Source: an uncultured Candidatus Saccharibacteria bacterium (lineage in GTDB: Bacteria; Patescibacteriota; Minisyncoccia; Phycocordibacterales; UBA918). From it: a stretch of DNA of 64,000 bases. A model generated the notes under the pieces. The model was not told where the DNA came from, made no database searches, and saw only the letters and a program-made list of their open reading frames with translations. Both the position numbers and the translations under genes were made by a program. The stretch spans positions 7,013 through 71,012 of the forward strand of contig CAYNQD010000001.1 in NCBI GenBank assembly GCA_964399295.1. Direction: 5' to 3'. Shown one piece after another: positions 20,010 to 29,600 of the stretch (the stretch's first letter is position 1; each line of letters begins with the position of its first letter).

Positions 20010-21596
20010 TTGGAAAATAAATATTATTTTTCGGTTTTAGGATTAAAGGTAAACTACAGTGCCTTCTTTAGAGCTTTTGCCTGGTTGAAAAACATACTCT
20101 CGTATGAATATCATCACGTCAACAATTTTGAAAATAATTTTGCGGCTTATACTACAGAATTAGACCCTGCCTCAGAATATTATTTTGTCATCAATGCTCC
20201 ACTAATGGTTACCAAAAAGTCTATAAAAGATTTATTTATATACACAGCTCTAGCGGCACCAAACAATTATGTTCTTAAATTTTTCACTTCGGGAACTCCT
20301 CCGGAGACAGAAGAAGTTCTTCCCGAGACTGTGTTTGAAGTGGATGAAGAATATCAGCTAGAGCAAATGAGCGAATCCGCCCGCGCGGCGGTAGCACAAA
20401 AAGCCGCTGACTTGGCGACGGAGTTGGTGGCCGATGAGGATAATCGAGCAGAGTATTTGTGGAATGGAAAAGGCTGGGATTATGGACTGGGTGAATTTGT
20501 CCCGCCCACTAAAATTCTGTCCGGCTATCGAGCCTATGCCAATGACAGCGAGGACAAGCTGGGTCTGGATTGTTCAGGTGTCATTACCTGGGCCTTTAAT
20601 CGGGCCTTTGACCCTAAACTGCGAACAGTTGATAATTTTATAAAATATGTCAGTTCGTTGCAGCAATTTGCCGGCCCACAGTCTGATCCTGTAAGTGAGG
20701 ATGAATTGCTACCAGGTGATGGACTTTTCTTTGATTTTGCGGTGGGTGGAAACGATATTGATCATGTGGCGATGTATGTGGGGGATCAGGGGACTTATGA
20801 TATTGTTTCTGCAGCTGACGAAAATAGAGGGGTTGTGCGAGCAAATCTGAATATTTATAAAAATTTAAATGAGTTCAAAGACTTCCGTCGCTTCCACCCT
20901 GGCGATGTAGAAATGAAAATCGAGACTGGTTCTCCCGTCAACCTCATCGTCCAAGACCCGGATGGCAACACTCTCTCGTACGAAGATGTTGAAGTCACGG
21001 AGTTTGAATCCCTACGCGGTATTCCTGGAGAAATGTATTATCTGGAAATGGAGCAAGGTCACGACGGTCGGCCGGTAGATATCGTCTACGGGCCAAAAGC
21101 CAAGTCGGGAATCTATAACATCGTGGTAGTGCCGGATGAGACCGCCGCTCCAAGTGATACCTATTCACTAGTGGTAACTATCCAAGGCCAGACTAAAATT
21201 CTGGCCACCAATGAGCCGATTGGGGATGTGTCTATCCCGAAGCCATTTCAATTTATGGTGGTAGATAAAAAGGTTAATCCGGAGATAGTCATTCCGACAC
21301 AGCCATCAACCCCAACACAAAAAACATCACGCAAATCTTCCGGTAATAGAATCATCACCACACCGATCACAACCAGCTACAACCTATCTGTCTTGCAAGG
21401 TCACTTTGACCAAGAAATCATTATCAGTAACTATCAGTGGCAGCTAAAGAACATTCCCGCCCCCGCTCTATACAGAAGCTCACTACTCTTGAATCAAACC
21501 ACTCCGACCACGATTGAGCTTTTGCTATTCAGCAACGGCACGTTATCTAACCCGCAAATATTTATGAGAAAGAATAACAAAATTGAACCACTATGA
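20010..21596 (+). CDS. NlpC/P60-family cysteine peptidase (peptidoglycan endopeptidase-like) with C-terminal beta-sandwich domains
   Basis: Catalytic Cys context GLDCSGVITWAF and His context DHVAMYVGDQG, typical of NlpC/P60. The called start is TTG with no ATG in the open upstream frame. No obvious signal peptide. Confidence 0.6.
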   Translation: MENKYYFSVLGLKVNYSAFFRAFAWLKNILSYEYHHVNNFENNFAAYTTELDPASEYYFVINAPLMVTKKSIKDLFIYTALAAPNNYVLKFFTSGTPPETEEVLPETVFEVDEEYQLEQMSESARAAVAQKAADLATELVADEDNRAEYLWNGKGWDYGLGEFVPPTKILSGYRAYANDSEDKLGLDCSGVITWAFNRAFDPKLRTVDNFIKYVSSLQQFAGPQSDPVSEDELLPGDGLFFDFAVGGNDIDHVAMYVGDQGTYDIVSAADENRGVVRANLNIYKNLNEFKDFRRFHPGDVEMKIETGSPVNLIVQDPDGNTLSYEDVEVTEFESLRGIPGEMYYLEMEQGHDGRPVDIVYGPKAKSGIYNIVVVPDETAAPSDTYSLVVTIQGQTKILATNEPIGDVSIPKPFQFMVVDKKVNPEIVIPTQPSTPTQKTSRKSSGNRIITTPITTSYNLSVLQGHFDQEIIISNYQWQLKNIPAPALYRSSLLLNQTTPTTIELLLFSNGTLSNPQIFMRKNNKIEPL

Positions 21597-22278
21597 AAAA
21601 ACTAATTATCGTTGGAGTTATGGTGTGTCTAGCTTTGGTCGTGGCTTTTGTTTTCCTAAAAAACCCATCCCCAATCACGTCACCAATTTCTGAACCGGAA
21701 CCAATACCAGTAGAGGAAAATGTTGTTGACACTAATACAGACACCGACCCTAATCCCTTCAAAGACCACGCTTACATAGAAAATAAGTTGAAGAAAGAGA
21801 ATTGGGGTATAAAATTTAGTGATGATCCCATTGGCTATGTCGAGGAACATGCGGAGTACAATACTTATATCAATAACATCTGGGGGTTTAAATTCAATTA
21901 TCCAAAAGACTGGATTCTAAAAGAACCTGGTTTTATGAATAACGCCAGCCTTTTTACATTAAACATAAATCCTCAGCCTCCACTGTATCCGGATACTATT
22001 TATTTGAATATTACGGAGAAGGAGTGGACAGATGAGATTATTGGGGAGTTAAACGAAATACCTCAACACTCAGTTAAAGCCACTACCTTTAAAAAAAACC
22101 AGCCCTCTTTAAAACCGGTCTAATGTTTAATGCTATTCCAACCGAAGGTAGATTTATACTGATAGACAATAAATATTGGATCAGTCTCACTGTAACCCTA
22201 GGCTTCGACACTCCTTCCGAATACGCTGATGAGTGGCAAATGGTCTTGGATTCGTTTGAGTTTTTGGGGGAGGAATAA
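21593..22278 (+). pseudogene. Paralog B of the FKDHAYIENKLKKENWG family, interrupted by a frameshift at an A8 homopolymer (22091-22098)
   Basis: Frame 2 ORF 21593-22123 ends at TAA. The downstream frame 1 segment (22123-22278: MFNAIPTEGRFILIDNKYWISLTVTLGFDTPSEYADEWQMVLDSFEFLGEE) is colinear with the C-terminus of paralog A (TVPTEGYFILIDDKYWIDLTVTLGFEEPSIFADQWQMVLDSFEFLGE). Frame 1 opens just after the A8 run. Confidence 0.55.
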
Positions 22279-22392
22279 AGGGTGAAATAAGTGTTTTTCT
22301 GCCAGAACAGCTGGTTTTTTGTCCAAGAAAAAGCCAGACAAGAATCCCATTATCTGCTATAATGGCTTGTATTTTATAGTTAATAATTCAGC

Positions 22393-24462
22393 ATGACAGA
22401 CAAAAAAGAAAAAAAGAAAGGCACCTATGACGCTTCATCTATTTCAGTTTTAGAGGGCCTTGATCCGGTGCGAAAACGTCCTGGAATGTATATTGGTACT
22501 ACCGGTATTGATGGTCTCCATCACCTGATTGGGGAAGTCTTTGACAACTCACGGGACGAGGCCATGGGCGGCTTTGCCAATAGAGTGGAAGTAGCGCTTT
22601 TACCCGATGGTTATGTGCGAGTAGTTGACAATGGTCGGGGTATTCCGGTTGATGTTCACAAACAGACGGGCGTATCGGCCTTGGAAACTATCCTCACAGT
22701 ACTGCATGCTGGCGGAAAATTTGGCGGCAAGGATAGTGGTTATAAAGTCTCGGGGGGATTGCATGGAGTGGGTGTGTCGGTTATGAATGCGCTATCAACC
22801 CATGTGATTGCTGAAGTTCACCGTGATGGCGGATATTTTATCCAAGAGTACAATATCGGCGTTCCAAAATATAAAGTTAAAAAAGTTGGTCCTTCAAAAC
22901 TACAGGGGACTATTATTACCTTTAAAGCTGACCCTACCATTTTCCCAGACACGACCTATGATTTTAAACGCATTGTAAATCATTTGCGCCAGCAAGCGTA
23001 CTTGGTTAAAGCCATGAGGTTGTCGGTAATTGACGCGCGAGGCCTGAGTGAAGCTGAGCAAAAAAAGCTGGATTTAAAAGGCAAACAGTATCTAAGCGAT
23101 GATCGTCTGGAAGTGCCACATCAACATTTTTATTTCGAAGGCGGACTTCGTTCTTTGGTAGCTTTTAATAACCACTATCAAAAGGCTGTTCACAAAAATA
23201 TATTTTATGTTGAGAAAAATGACATTGACAGCGTGGTATTGTCGGTAGAAGTAGCATTGCAATATGTCGATGATATCTCTTCACGTATTTCCGCTTTTGC
23301 CAACAACATCTACAATCCCGAACACGGAACCCACATTACCGGTTTCAAAACCGCTCTTACTCGTACTCTCAACAATTACGCTCGAAAAAATAATTTCTTC
23401 TCGGTAAAAGATAAAGACACGGGCTTTACCGGCGATGACGTACTTGAGGGGATTACGGCGGTGGTTTCGGTGAAGATGCCGGAGATTCAGTTTGAAGGGC
23501 AGACTAAAGCCAAGCTTGGTTCGGTTGAAGCTAGAAGTGCCGTGGAGTCGGTTTTTGGTGAGGCTTTCTCGACTTATTTAGAGGAAAATCCGGATGATGC
23601 CAAAGCGATTATAAATAAGGTTATAATCGCCGTAAAAGCGCGCAAAGCCGCTAAAGCCGCTAAAGACAGCGTGCTTAGAAAGGGCGCTCTGGAAGGCATG
23701 TCTTTGCCTGGAAAATTGGCGGATTGTCAGAGCAAAAAGGCTGAAGATTCTGAACTCTTTATAGTAGAGGGGGATTCGGCCGGTGGATCGGCTAAGATGG
23801 GACGAGACAGGAAAACCCAGGCCATACTGGCTTTGCGCGGAAAAATTTTAAATGTCGAGCGAGCGCGTATTGATAAAATGTTAGCTTCTGAACAAATCAA
23901 AAATGTGGTTATAGCGCTCGGTACAGCTATTGGTGATGTCTTTGATATCTCGCGCTTGCGCTACCATAAGATAATTATTGCCACGGACGCGGATGTGGAC
24001 GGCGCGCATATCAGAACATTGCTTCTAACACTGTTTTATCGTTACTTCAAACCATTGGTTGACGGTGGCTTTATTTACATAGCGCAACCACCACTTTATA
24101 AAATCCAGAGAGGGAAGGAGTTGCGATATGCTTTTTCCGATGAGGAAAAATTCCAGAAGTTAAGCGAGATGGGGGTGGTAGCTGAGGAAGAAGTGTCCGA
24201 AGAAGATGAAGCCGAAGATGAGACGGAGACAGTAAAGAAAAATTCAAAAGTGAGGATTCAGCGTTATAAAGGTTTGGGAGAAATGAATGCAGATGAGCTT
24301 TGGGAGACAACGATGAATCCGGAATTTAGGATTTTGAAACAGGTAACGATTGATGATGTTATTATCGCTGATAAGGTATTTGATATCTTGATGGGTACCG
24401 ATGTTTCCAGTCGCAAATCTTTTATTCAGTCTAATGCCAAAATGGCCAATCTGGATATTTAA
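22393..24462 (+). CDS. gyrB: Type IIA topoisomerase B subunit (DNA gyrase subunit B / ParE family)
   Basis: GHKL ATPase motifs GLHHLIGEVFDNSRDEAMGG and GLHGVGVSVMNALS. Toprim EGDSAGGSAKMGRDR. C-terminal tail domain. No A subunit adjacent. Confidence 0.85.
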   Translation: MTDKKEKKKGTYDASSISVLEGLDPVRKRPGMYIGTTGIDGLHHLIGEVFDNSRDEAMGGFANRVEVALLPDGYVRVVDNGRGIPVDVHKQTGVSALETILTVLHAGGKFGGKDSGYKVSGGLHGVGVSVMNALSTHVIAEVHRDGGYFIQEYNIGVPKYKVKKVGPSKLQGTIITFKADPTIFPDTTYDFKRIVNHLRQQAYLVKAMRLSVIDARGLSEAEQKKLDLKGKQYLSDDRLEVPHQHFYFEGGLRSLVAFNNHYQKAVHKNIFYVEKNDIDSVVLSVEVALQYVDDISSRISAFANNIYNPEHGTHITGFKTALTRTLNNYARKNNFFSVKDKDTGFTGDDVLEGITAVVSVKMPEIQFEGQTKAKLGSVEARSAVESVFGEAFSTYLEENPDDAKAIINKVIIAVKARKAAKAAKDSVLRKGALEGMSLPGKLADCQSKKAEDSELFIVEGDSAGGSAKMGRDRKTQAILALRGKILNVERARIDKMLASEQIKNVVIALGTAIGDVFDISRLRYHKIIIATDADVDGAHIRTLLLTLFYRYFKPLVDGGFIYIAQPPLYKIQRGKELRYAFSDEEKFQKLSEMGVVAEEEVSEEDEAEDETETVKKNSKVRIQRYKGLGEMNADELWETTMNPEFRILKQVTIDDVIIADKVFDILMGTDVSSRKSFIQSNAKMANLDI

Positions 24463-24467
24463 AAACA

Positions 24468-24505
24468 TAAAAGGGCCGCACCCGAATGGTGCGGCCCTTT
24501 TATGT
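24468..24505. terminator. Bidirectional terminator between convergent gyrB and surface-protein gene
   Basis: 10-bp GC stem gggccgcacc / ggtgcggccc with an A-run before and a T-run after. Confidence 0.7.
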
Positions 24506-24516
24506 TTTTAAATATC

Positions 24517-25599
24517 TTACTGTATCACCATCGCCGTATGAAATAAGGCGTTATTATTGTAATTGATATCTGAGGGAACCATCACTTCAATGCTTATATT
24601 TTGGAGATTGATTTCCGTAACCGTTGTAAATCTCAAGGTGATAACGGCTCTTTCGTTGGGTAAAAGTGGTCTTTGGACATCAGAAGTATAGCTTACATTA
24701 CCTGGAAGTTGGGCTTTGAAAATCCAATCCTCTGAAGTTTTGTTTCCGATGTTGTGTACGGTGAATTGTATGGCGTTGGACAGACCTTTAATCAAATTAT
24801 CGGTCTTAACAAAACCTTGAATATTGTTTTCAAAACCTATATTTAAGCCACCCACCGCTAAGTCTGTAAATCCGTTGGGATTTGAAACCGGTATTGCATA
24901 AGTGTAGACAGGAACAGCTGGTGTGGGTTTAACCACTGCCGGCTTTGGAGTCTCAGGTACTGTCGGGGTCGGTACTTCGACTTCAGCTGGTTCTTCTGCC
25001 GGCTTTGGAGTCGTTAATGTTTCTTCCGGCTCTGTAGTTTGTTGGTCTCCATTAGTATCGTCAGCAATCGTTTCTGAAATATTGGCATTGATGATAGAGA
25101 TATTTTTTACTTGGCTGGCATTAGGAGAGCTGGAGTTTTTACGGAAATAGGCGATAGTGTAATTGACTTCGGTAAAACGCGCCTTTTCGGAATCAACCCT
25201 CATTTCAATCCTATCAACCAATCCCAAATCGTAATTGTTGTCGCAGGAGATGCTGGTAAATTCCTGTTTTGATGATTGGATATCAATAGCGATACCATCT
25301 TGACATTCATAACTAAAAACATAAGTACCGGTAGTGCGGTTATTTTCCCACCAAATTTCCAGAACATTACTACTATTCATAATACTGCGGTCTGAAATGA
25401 CAGAGAGGGCGTCATCGTCGGAGCGATAGTTGTAAACGGTATCCGCCAAAGAAGCCAAAGAACTAACTGCGCTAGGGAATAATTTGACAATTTGAGTGGC
25501 TGACCAAGCAAAAAACAGAATAAAAATAACAATTCCGATGACAGTCACTAATTTGCCAAAGGTAGTTTTTTTAGTAGTCGCTGCTGTTGAATTTTCCAT
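24517..25599 (-). CDS. Surface protein with N-terminal signal anchor and Pro/Thr/Glu-rich linker
   Basis: First ATG at 25599 (MENSTAATTKK...); the ORF-track start at 25650 is TTG. A TM helix is followed by the linker TPKPAEEPAEVEVPTPTVPETPKPAVVKPTPAVP and a beta-rich C-terminal domain. Confidence 0.5.
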   Translation of the reverse strand: MENSTAATTKKTTFGKLVTVIGIVIFILFFAWSATQIVKLFPSAVSSLASLADTVYNYRSDDDALSVISDRSIMNSSNVLEIWWENNRTTGTYVFSYECQDGIAIDIQSSKQEFTSISCDNNYDLGLVDRIEMRVDSEKARFTEVNYTIAYFRKNSSSPNASQVKNISIINANISETIADDTNGDQQTTEPEETLTTPKPAEEPAEVEVPTPTVPETPKPAVVKPTPAVPVYTYAIPVSNPNGFTDLAVGGLNIGFENNIQGFVKTDNLIKGLSNAIQFTVHNIGNKTSEDWIFKAQLPGNVSYTSDVQRPLLPNERAVITLRFTTVTEINLQNISIEVMVPSDINYNNNALFHTAMVIQ

Positions 25600-25688
25600 A
25601 ATGCTGAAAACACTACTATAATTTAATCGTTTTGTCAACTTTCCGCGCAAGTTACCTTTTAATATTTACATAAATGAAAAGTGTGTTA

Positions 25689-25717
25689 TTGACAATTTAT
25701 ATACAGTATGTTATCAT
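25689..25717 (+). promoter_or_regulatory. Sigma-70-type promoter for sortase gene
   Basis: TTGACA, 17-nt spacer, TATCAT, about 20 nt upstream of the ATG at 25739. Confidence 0.4.
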
Positions 25718-25738
25718 AAAAAGATTAAAGCATCATCT

Positions 25739-26428
25739 ATGAGCGACCAACCAAGCAAAAGGACAACCATTGATTTAATTATAGAAAAAAAGGTGCCTTT
25801 CGTGTGCGTTTTTTTTGTAGTTTTTTTGATAACCTATGCTTTTTTAGCATGGATTGATTTTTTACCGGAGCCGGTATCTTCAAGTCCGGAAACGGAAGAA
25901 ATAAAAGTAGATATAAATACTGAAGAAGAAACAATTGAAAATGAAGAGGTGTCAATAACTGAACCGGAAATAATAATGGTTGAAAATATCTTACCCGAAA
26001 AAATTATTTTTGATTCCCTTGACCGTACTGTTTCCGTTTTAAATCCAACTTCAAAAACCATTGCAGACTTAGACCATGCCTTGTTGAGTGGAGTGGTAAG
26101 GCACCCAGATTCAGCTACTTTGGAGCAATTAGGTTCAGTCTTTATTCTTGGTCATTCAAGTTATTTACCGGCTGTAAATAATGAAAATTATAAGGCTTTC
26201 AACGGCATTCAAAATCTAAAATGGGGAGATACCATAAGATTGCAGGCCGGTAACAAAGAGTATGTCTATCGCGTTGATAAAGTATTTCAAGCTTATGCTA
26301 CGACCGCCAGCGTACCAATCGCGGTAGGAAAACAGCGTTTGGTATTGGCTACGTGCAACAGTTTTGGGTCGGTAGATGATCGTTATATTGTTGAAGCTGA
26401 TTTATTGGAGGTGAGAGCGGTGTCGTAA
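25739..26428 (+). CDS. Sortase-family transpeptidase (membrane-anchored)
   Basis: N-terminal TM helix. Catalytic triad contexts VFILGHSS (His), RLVLATCNS (TLxTC-like Cys motif) and DRYIVEAD (Arg). Confidence 0.7.
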   Translation: MSDQPSKRTTIDLIIEKKVPFVCVFFVVFLITYAFLAWIDFLPEPVSSSPETEEIKVDINTEEETIENEEVSITEPEIIMVENILPEKIIFDSLDRTVSVLNPTSKTIADLDHALLSGVVRHPDSATLEQLGSVFILGHSSYLPAVNNENYKAFNGIQNLKWGDTIRLQAGNKEYVYRVDKVFQAYATTASVPIAVGKQRLVLATCNSFGSVDDRYIVEADLLEVRAVS

Positions 26429-26661
26429 GGAAATGTGATAAATTTTCATCTCGTTCTTTTATGTATTGACAGCATTGATATTTATAGTTAAATTACGCTT
26501 AATAGTTAGGCGATTGGTTCTCTCTTCAGTCTTTTTACAAATATTTTTTTATAAACAATTCATTTCCATGAATGGTAGTTTGTGATTTTTTTTACTCTTG
26601 CGTACTTAATTAGGGTGTAGGTGAGGGTATAGAGCTTATAAATTATTAAATTGTTTAGGTT

Positions 26662-29600
26662 ATGAAATTTTTGAAAAAATTAACACCATATTTTTTGGTT
26701 TTGGCTTTGATAGTCAATATTTTTAATTTTGGATCATATGATCCGCAGAATGAACTAGGGTCTCTAAATCCGGGATTAGCTTTGGCGACTTCAACTTTTG
26801 GAACCTCAGGTTTGGAAACTCCAAGTTTGGAAACTCCAAAATTATCTGCGGATAATTTTGGAGAAATTGAACAGTCATCTTTTTCCAGCAACATGTCTTT
26901 TTCCGGCGGAACGACTTTAAATTTGTTGAAACAGGAAAGTAGTAATTCTTCAAGCCAGTCAAGTCATTCGTACCACAGTGATAAATTTGTTGGTACTTGT
27001 AATATTTCTGCCAATGTTGAACAGGTTTCTTTTGGTTCTGACGTTGTCATCAGTTGGTCAACTGCAGGTTTTTCCAATGTCACGATAAATGGAGTGTCTG
27101 TGAGCAATTCCGGCACCAAGACTTTCTATAATATAGAGGAAAATACCACCTACACCCTAGTGGCTAAATCTGAAAATGGTAAATCAAATTGTACCTCAGC
27201 TATCGTGGTAAAGTGTTTGCCAAAGCCACCAGTGCCACCGGCACCCCGAACTCCAACTTGTACTCTCACTCCAGTCACTAAGACCATACATAGCGGCGAA
27301 AGCGTAGATTTGGTTTGGACAACTACCAATTCTTCTAATGCTACTCTAACTGATTTTGGTGATGTGGATTTAAATGGAACCAAGAATACCGACGTACTAA
27401 CTGAGGGCAAGGAATATACTTTGGAGGTTTTGGGATTTAATGATGATACCGTAACTTGCAGCTCAAAGATAACAGTAAAACCAAAGCCAACACCGGTTCC
27501 AACTTGTGATTTGTTTACTGTAACACCAAATAGTATTGTGCGTGGCAATTCGTCTGAGTTGGTGTGGAAGACAAGCAACGCTACGCGCGTGGCCATCAAT
27601 AATGGAATTGGCGAGGTAGAAGCTACTGGTAAGTTGTCTGTTAAGCCTTTGGCTACGACTGAATATGTGATGACAGTTTTTGGAGCTAATAATAAAAAAG
27701 CTACCTGTAAGCAAACTTTGACTGTGACGGAACCTCCGGTTGTTAAGGTGCCGATGTGTCTTACTTTTAACGCGACACCTTTTGCTTTGCCTTTTGGCGG
27801 CGGTCAGTCGGAAATAAAATGGACAACTGAGAATGCTACTAAAGTTGTAATTAGCGGAATTGGCGAGGTGACAGTCAATGGCTCAAAGACAGTGAATATT
27901 TCAGAAACTACTACTTACACTTTGATCGCTTCTGATTCTAAAAAGAAACATTCTTGTTTTGTAACAATTGATGTGGAACCGGAATTGCCGCCTCCAACCC
28001 CGCCTCCAACTTGTACTCTAACTCCAGCCACCAAAAATATAACTAGCGGCGAAAGCGTAGACTTGGTTTGGACAACTACCAACGCCACCAATGCTTATCT
28101 AACTGATTTTGACAGCGTGGAGCTAAACGGCACGAAGAACACTGGCGCTTTGACGGAAGGCAAGGAATATACTTTAGAGGTTTTGGGGATGAATGACGAA
28201 GCTATAACCTGTACTTCCAAAATTAGCTTGAGTACTTTGCCGCCTACTCCAACTCCAATTTCTTGTAGCGCCAATGTAAGCTTGTCGGCTAATCCAAGCA
28301 GTATTACTCGTGGTAATTCAACTACTATTACTTGGAGTACGACCAATATTACCGGATTGAGTTTTGATAATGGTATCAACTCAACCAGTACTAGCGGTTC
28401 GGTAACTGTTTCTCCAACCAGCAATACCACTTATTCCTTAACTGCGACTGACGGAAAAGATACGATAGTTTGTCCAGTGCCAGTGACTGTCAATAATCCA
28501 CCAACTACAACTGGTGGTGGAGGTGGCGGCGGCGGTTCATCAGCACCAACTTGTGAACTAAATATATCTGATAGAAAAATAAAACGAGGTGAGGACATCA
28601 GACTTAATTGGGACAGCAACCGAGCAACTGATTTGACTATTATTGACGGTACCGGCAAAGTGTTGGTAACAACTAAAAATAAATTAAGCCGCGATAAGGA
28701 CGAACTCTTTAGAGGTGCAATGACTCTAATTCCGACTGCTAATACTACTTACACCATGACCGTGGAAAGAGGTTCACAAGATCGGGTCTGTACAGCTAGT
28801 GTGGAAATAGAAGGTAGTACCGTGGTGGTGACGCAAATACGAGACCAGCAGCCTTTAATCGCTAGCATCTCCTTAGTGGACGTACCATATACCGGTTTTG
28901 AGGCTGGTCCAATTCTAACTGTGTTGTTTTACACGCTATTGATGCTTTGGGCTTTGTACATTGCTTACTTGTGGGTGATTCGTAGGAATCCCAACGGCGA
29001 CTTTCAGTTAGCCATGCCAGAAAATATCGTCGCTTCTAATATCAAAACTGTAGGTGAAGTTATCCGTCCTGATGTCTTTGTGGCTAAGGTGCAGGTTCCG
29101 GAACGAAACTTGGAAACGATTGTTCCAGCTAATTTACCAGTTGGTAATCCGGTGGTTGGTTATGCTAGTCAAGATGACACAAAAGCACAGGTGACAGCAA
29201 ATTTACATTCAGTAGATGATGAAGCGGCTACTCAGATTGAAAATTACGCGCATTCACAGCATGTTCTATTATCGAGCGATGCTATCCGTCATTTTGTTGC
29301 TACGACTAATAATTCCGAAGAACGAGTAATGGCTCTTAATCAAATCATGGCAGCTAGCAAGGCTCAATTTCCGGCAGAGGATGGTTGGATTGTTATTAAT
29401 GAAAAGCGAATGAGGGACTTGTGTGAGGTTTGTTCTGTTAATCAGATCAGCGCAAATGATGTTCCTTATATCCCAACCGTTATTCCTGAAGGCGCTGGCT
29501 CTTTGGCCGAAGCGATCGTGACTGGCAATATTGTCGCTGCTTACGAACTTATTGGACATCGTCCAATGTTTGCTTTGGCGGACGCGGCGGCAGACTTGGA

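Noticed and set aside
19597-21596. Fusion of the 96-aa signal-peptide ORF with the NlpC/P60 ORF via homopolymer slippage at the T6 run (19772-19777)
   Set aside because: The target frame has a TGA immediately after the T-run (19782-19784). No slippery sequence lies in the true overlap 19785-19887. It is retained only as a low-interest open question.
27150-28658. Minus-strand ORFs (27150-27599, 28095-28430, 28431-28658) antisense to the giant surface protein gene
   Set aside because: Low-complexity translations (V/G/T-rich) mirror the sense-strand repeat structure. They are shadow ORFs inside a strongly supported CDS.
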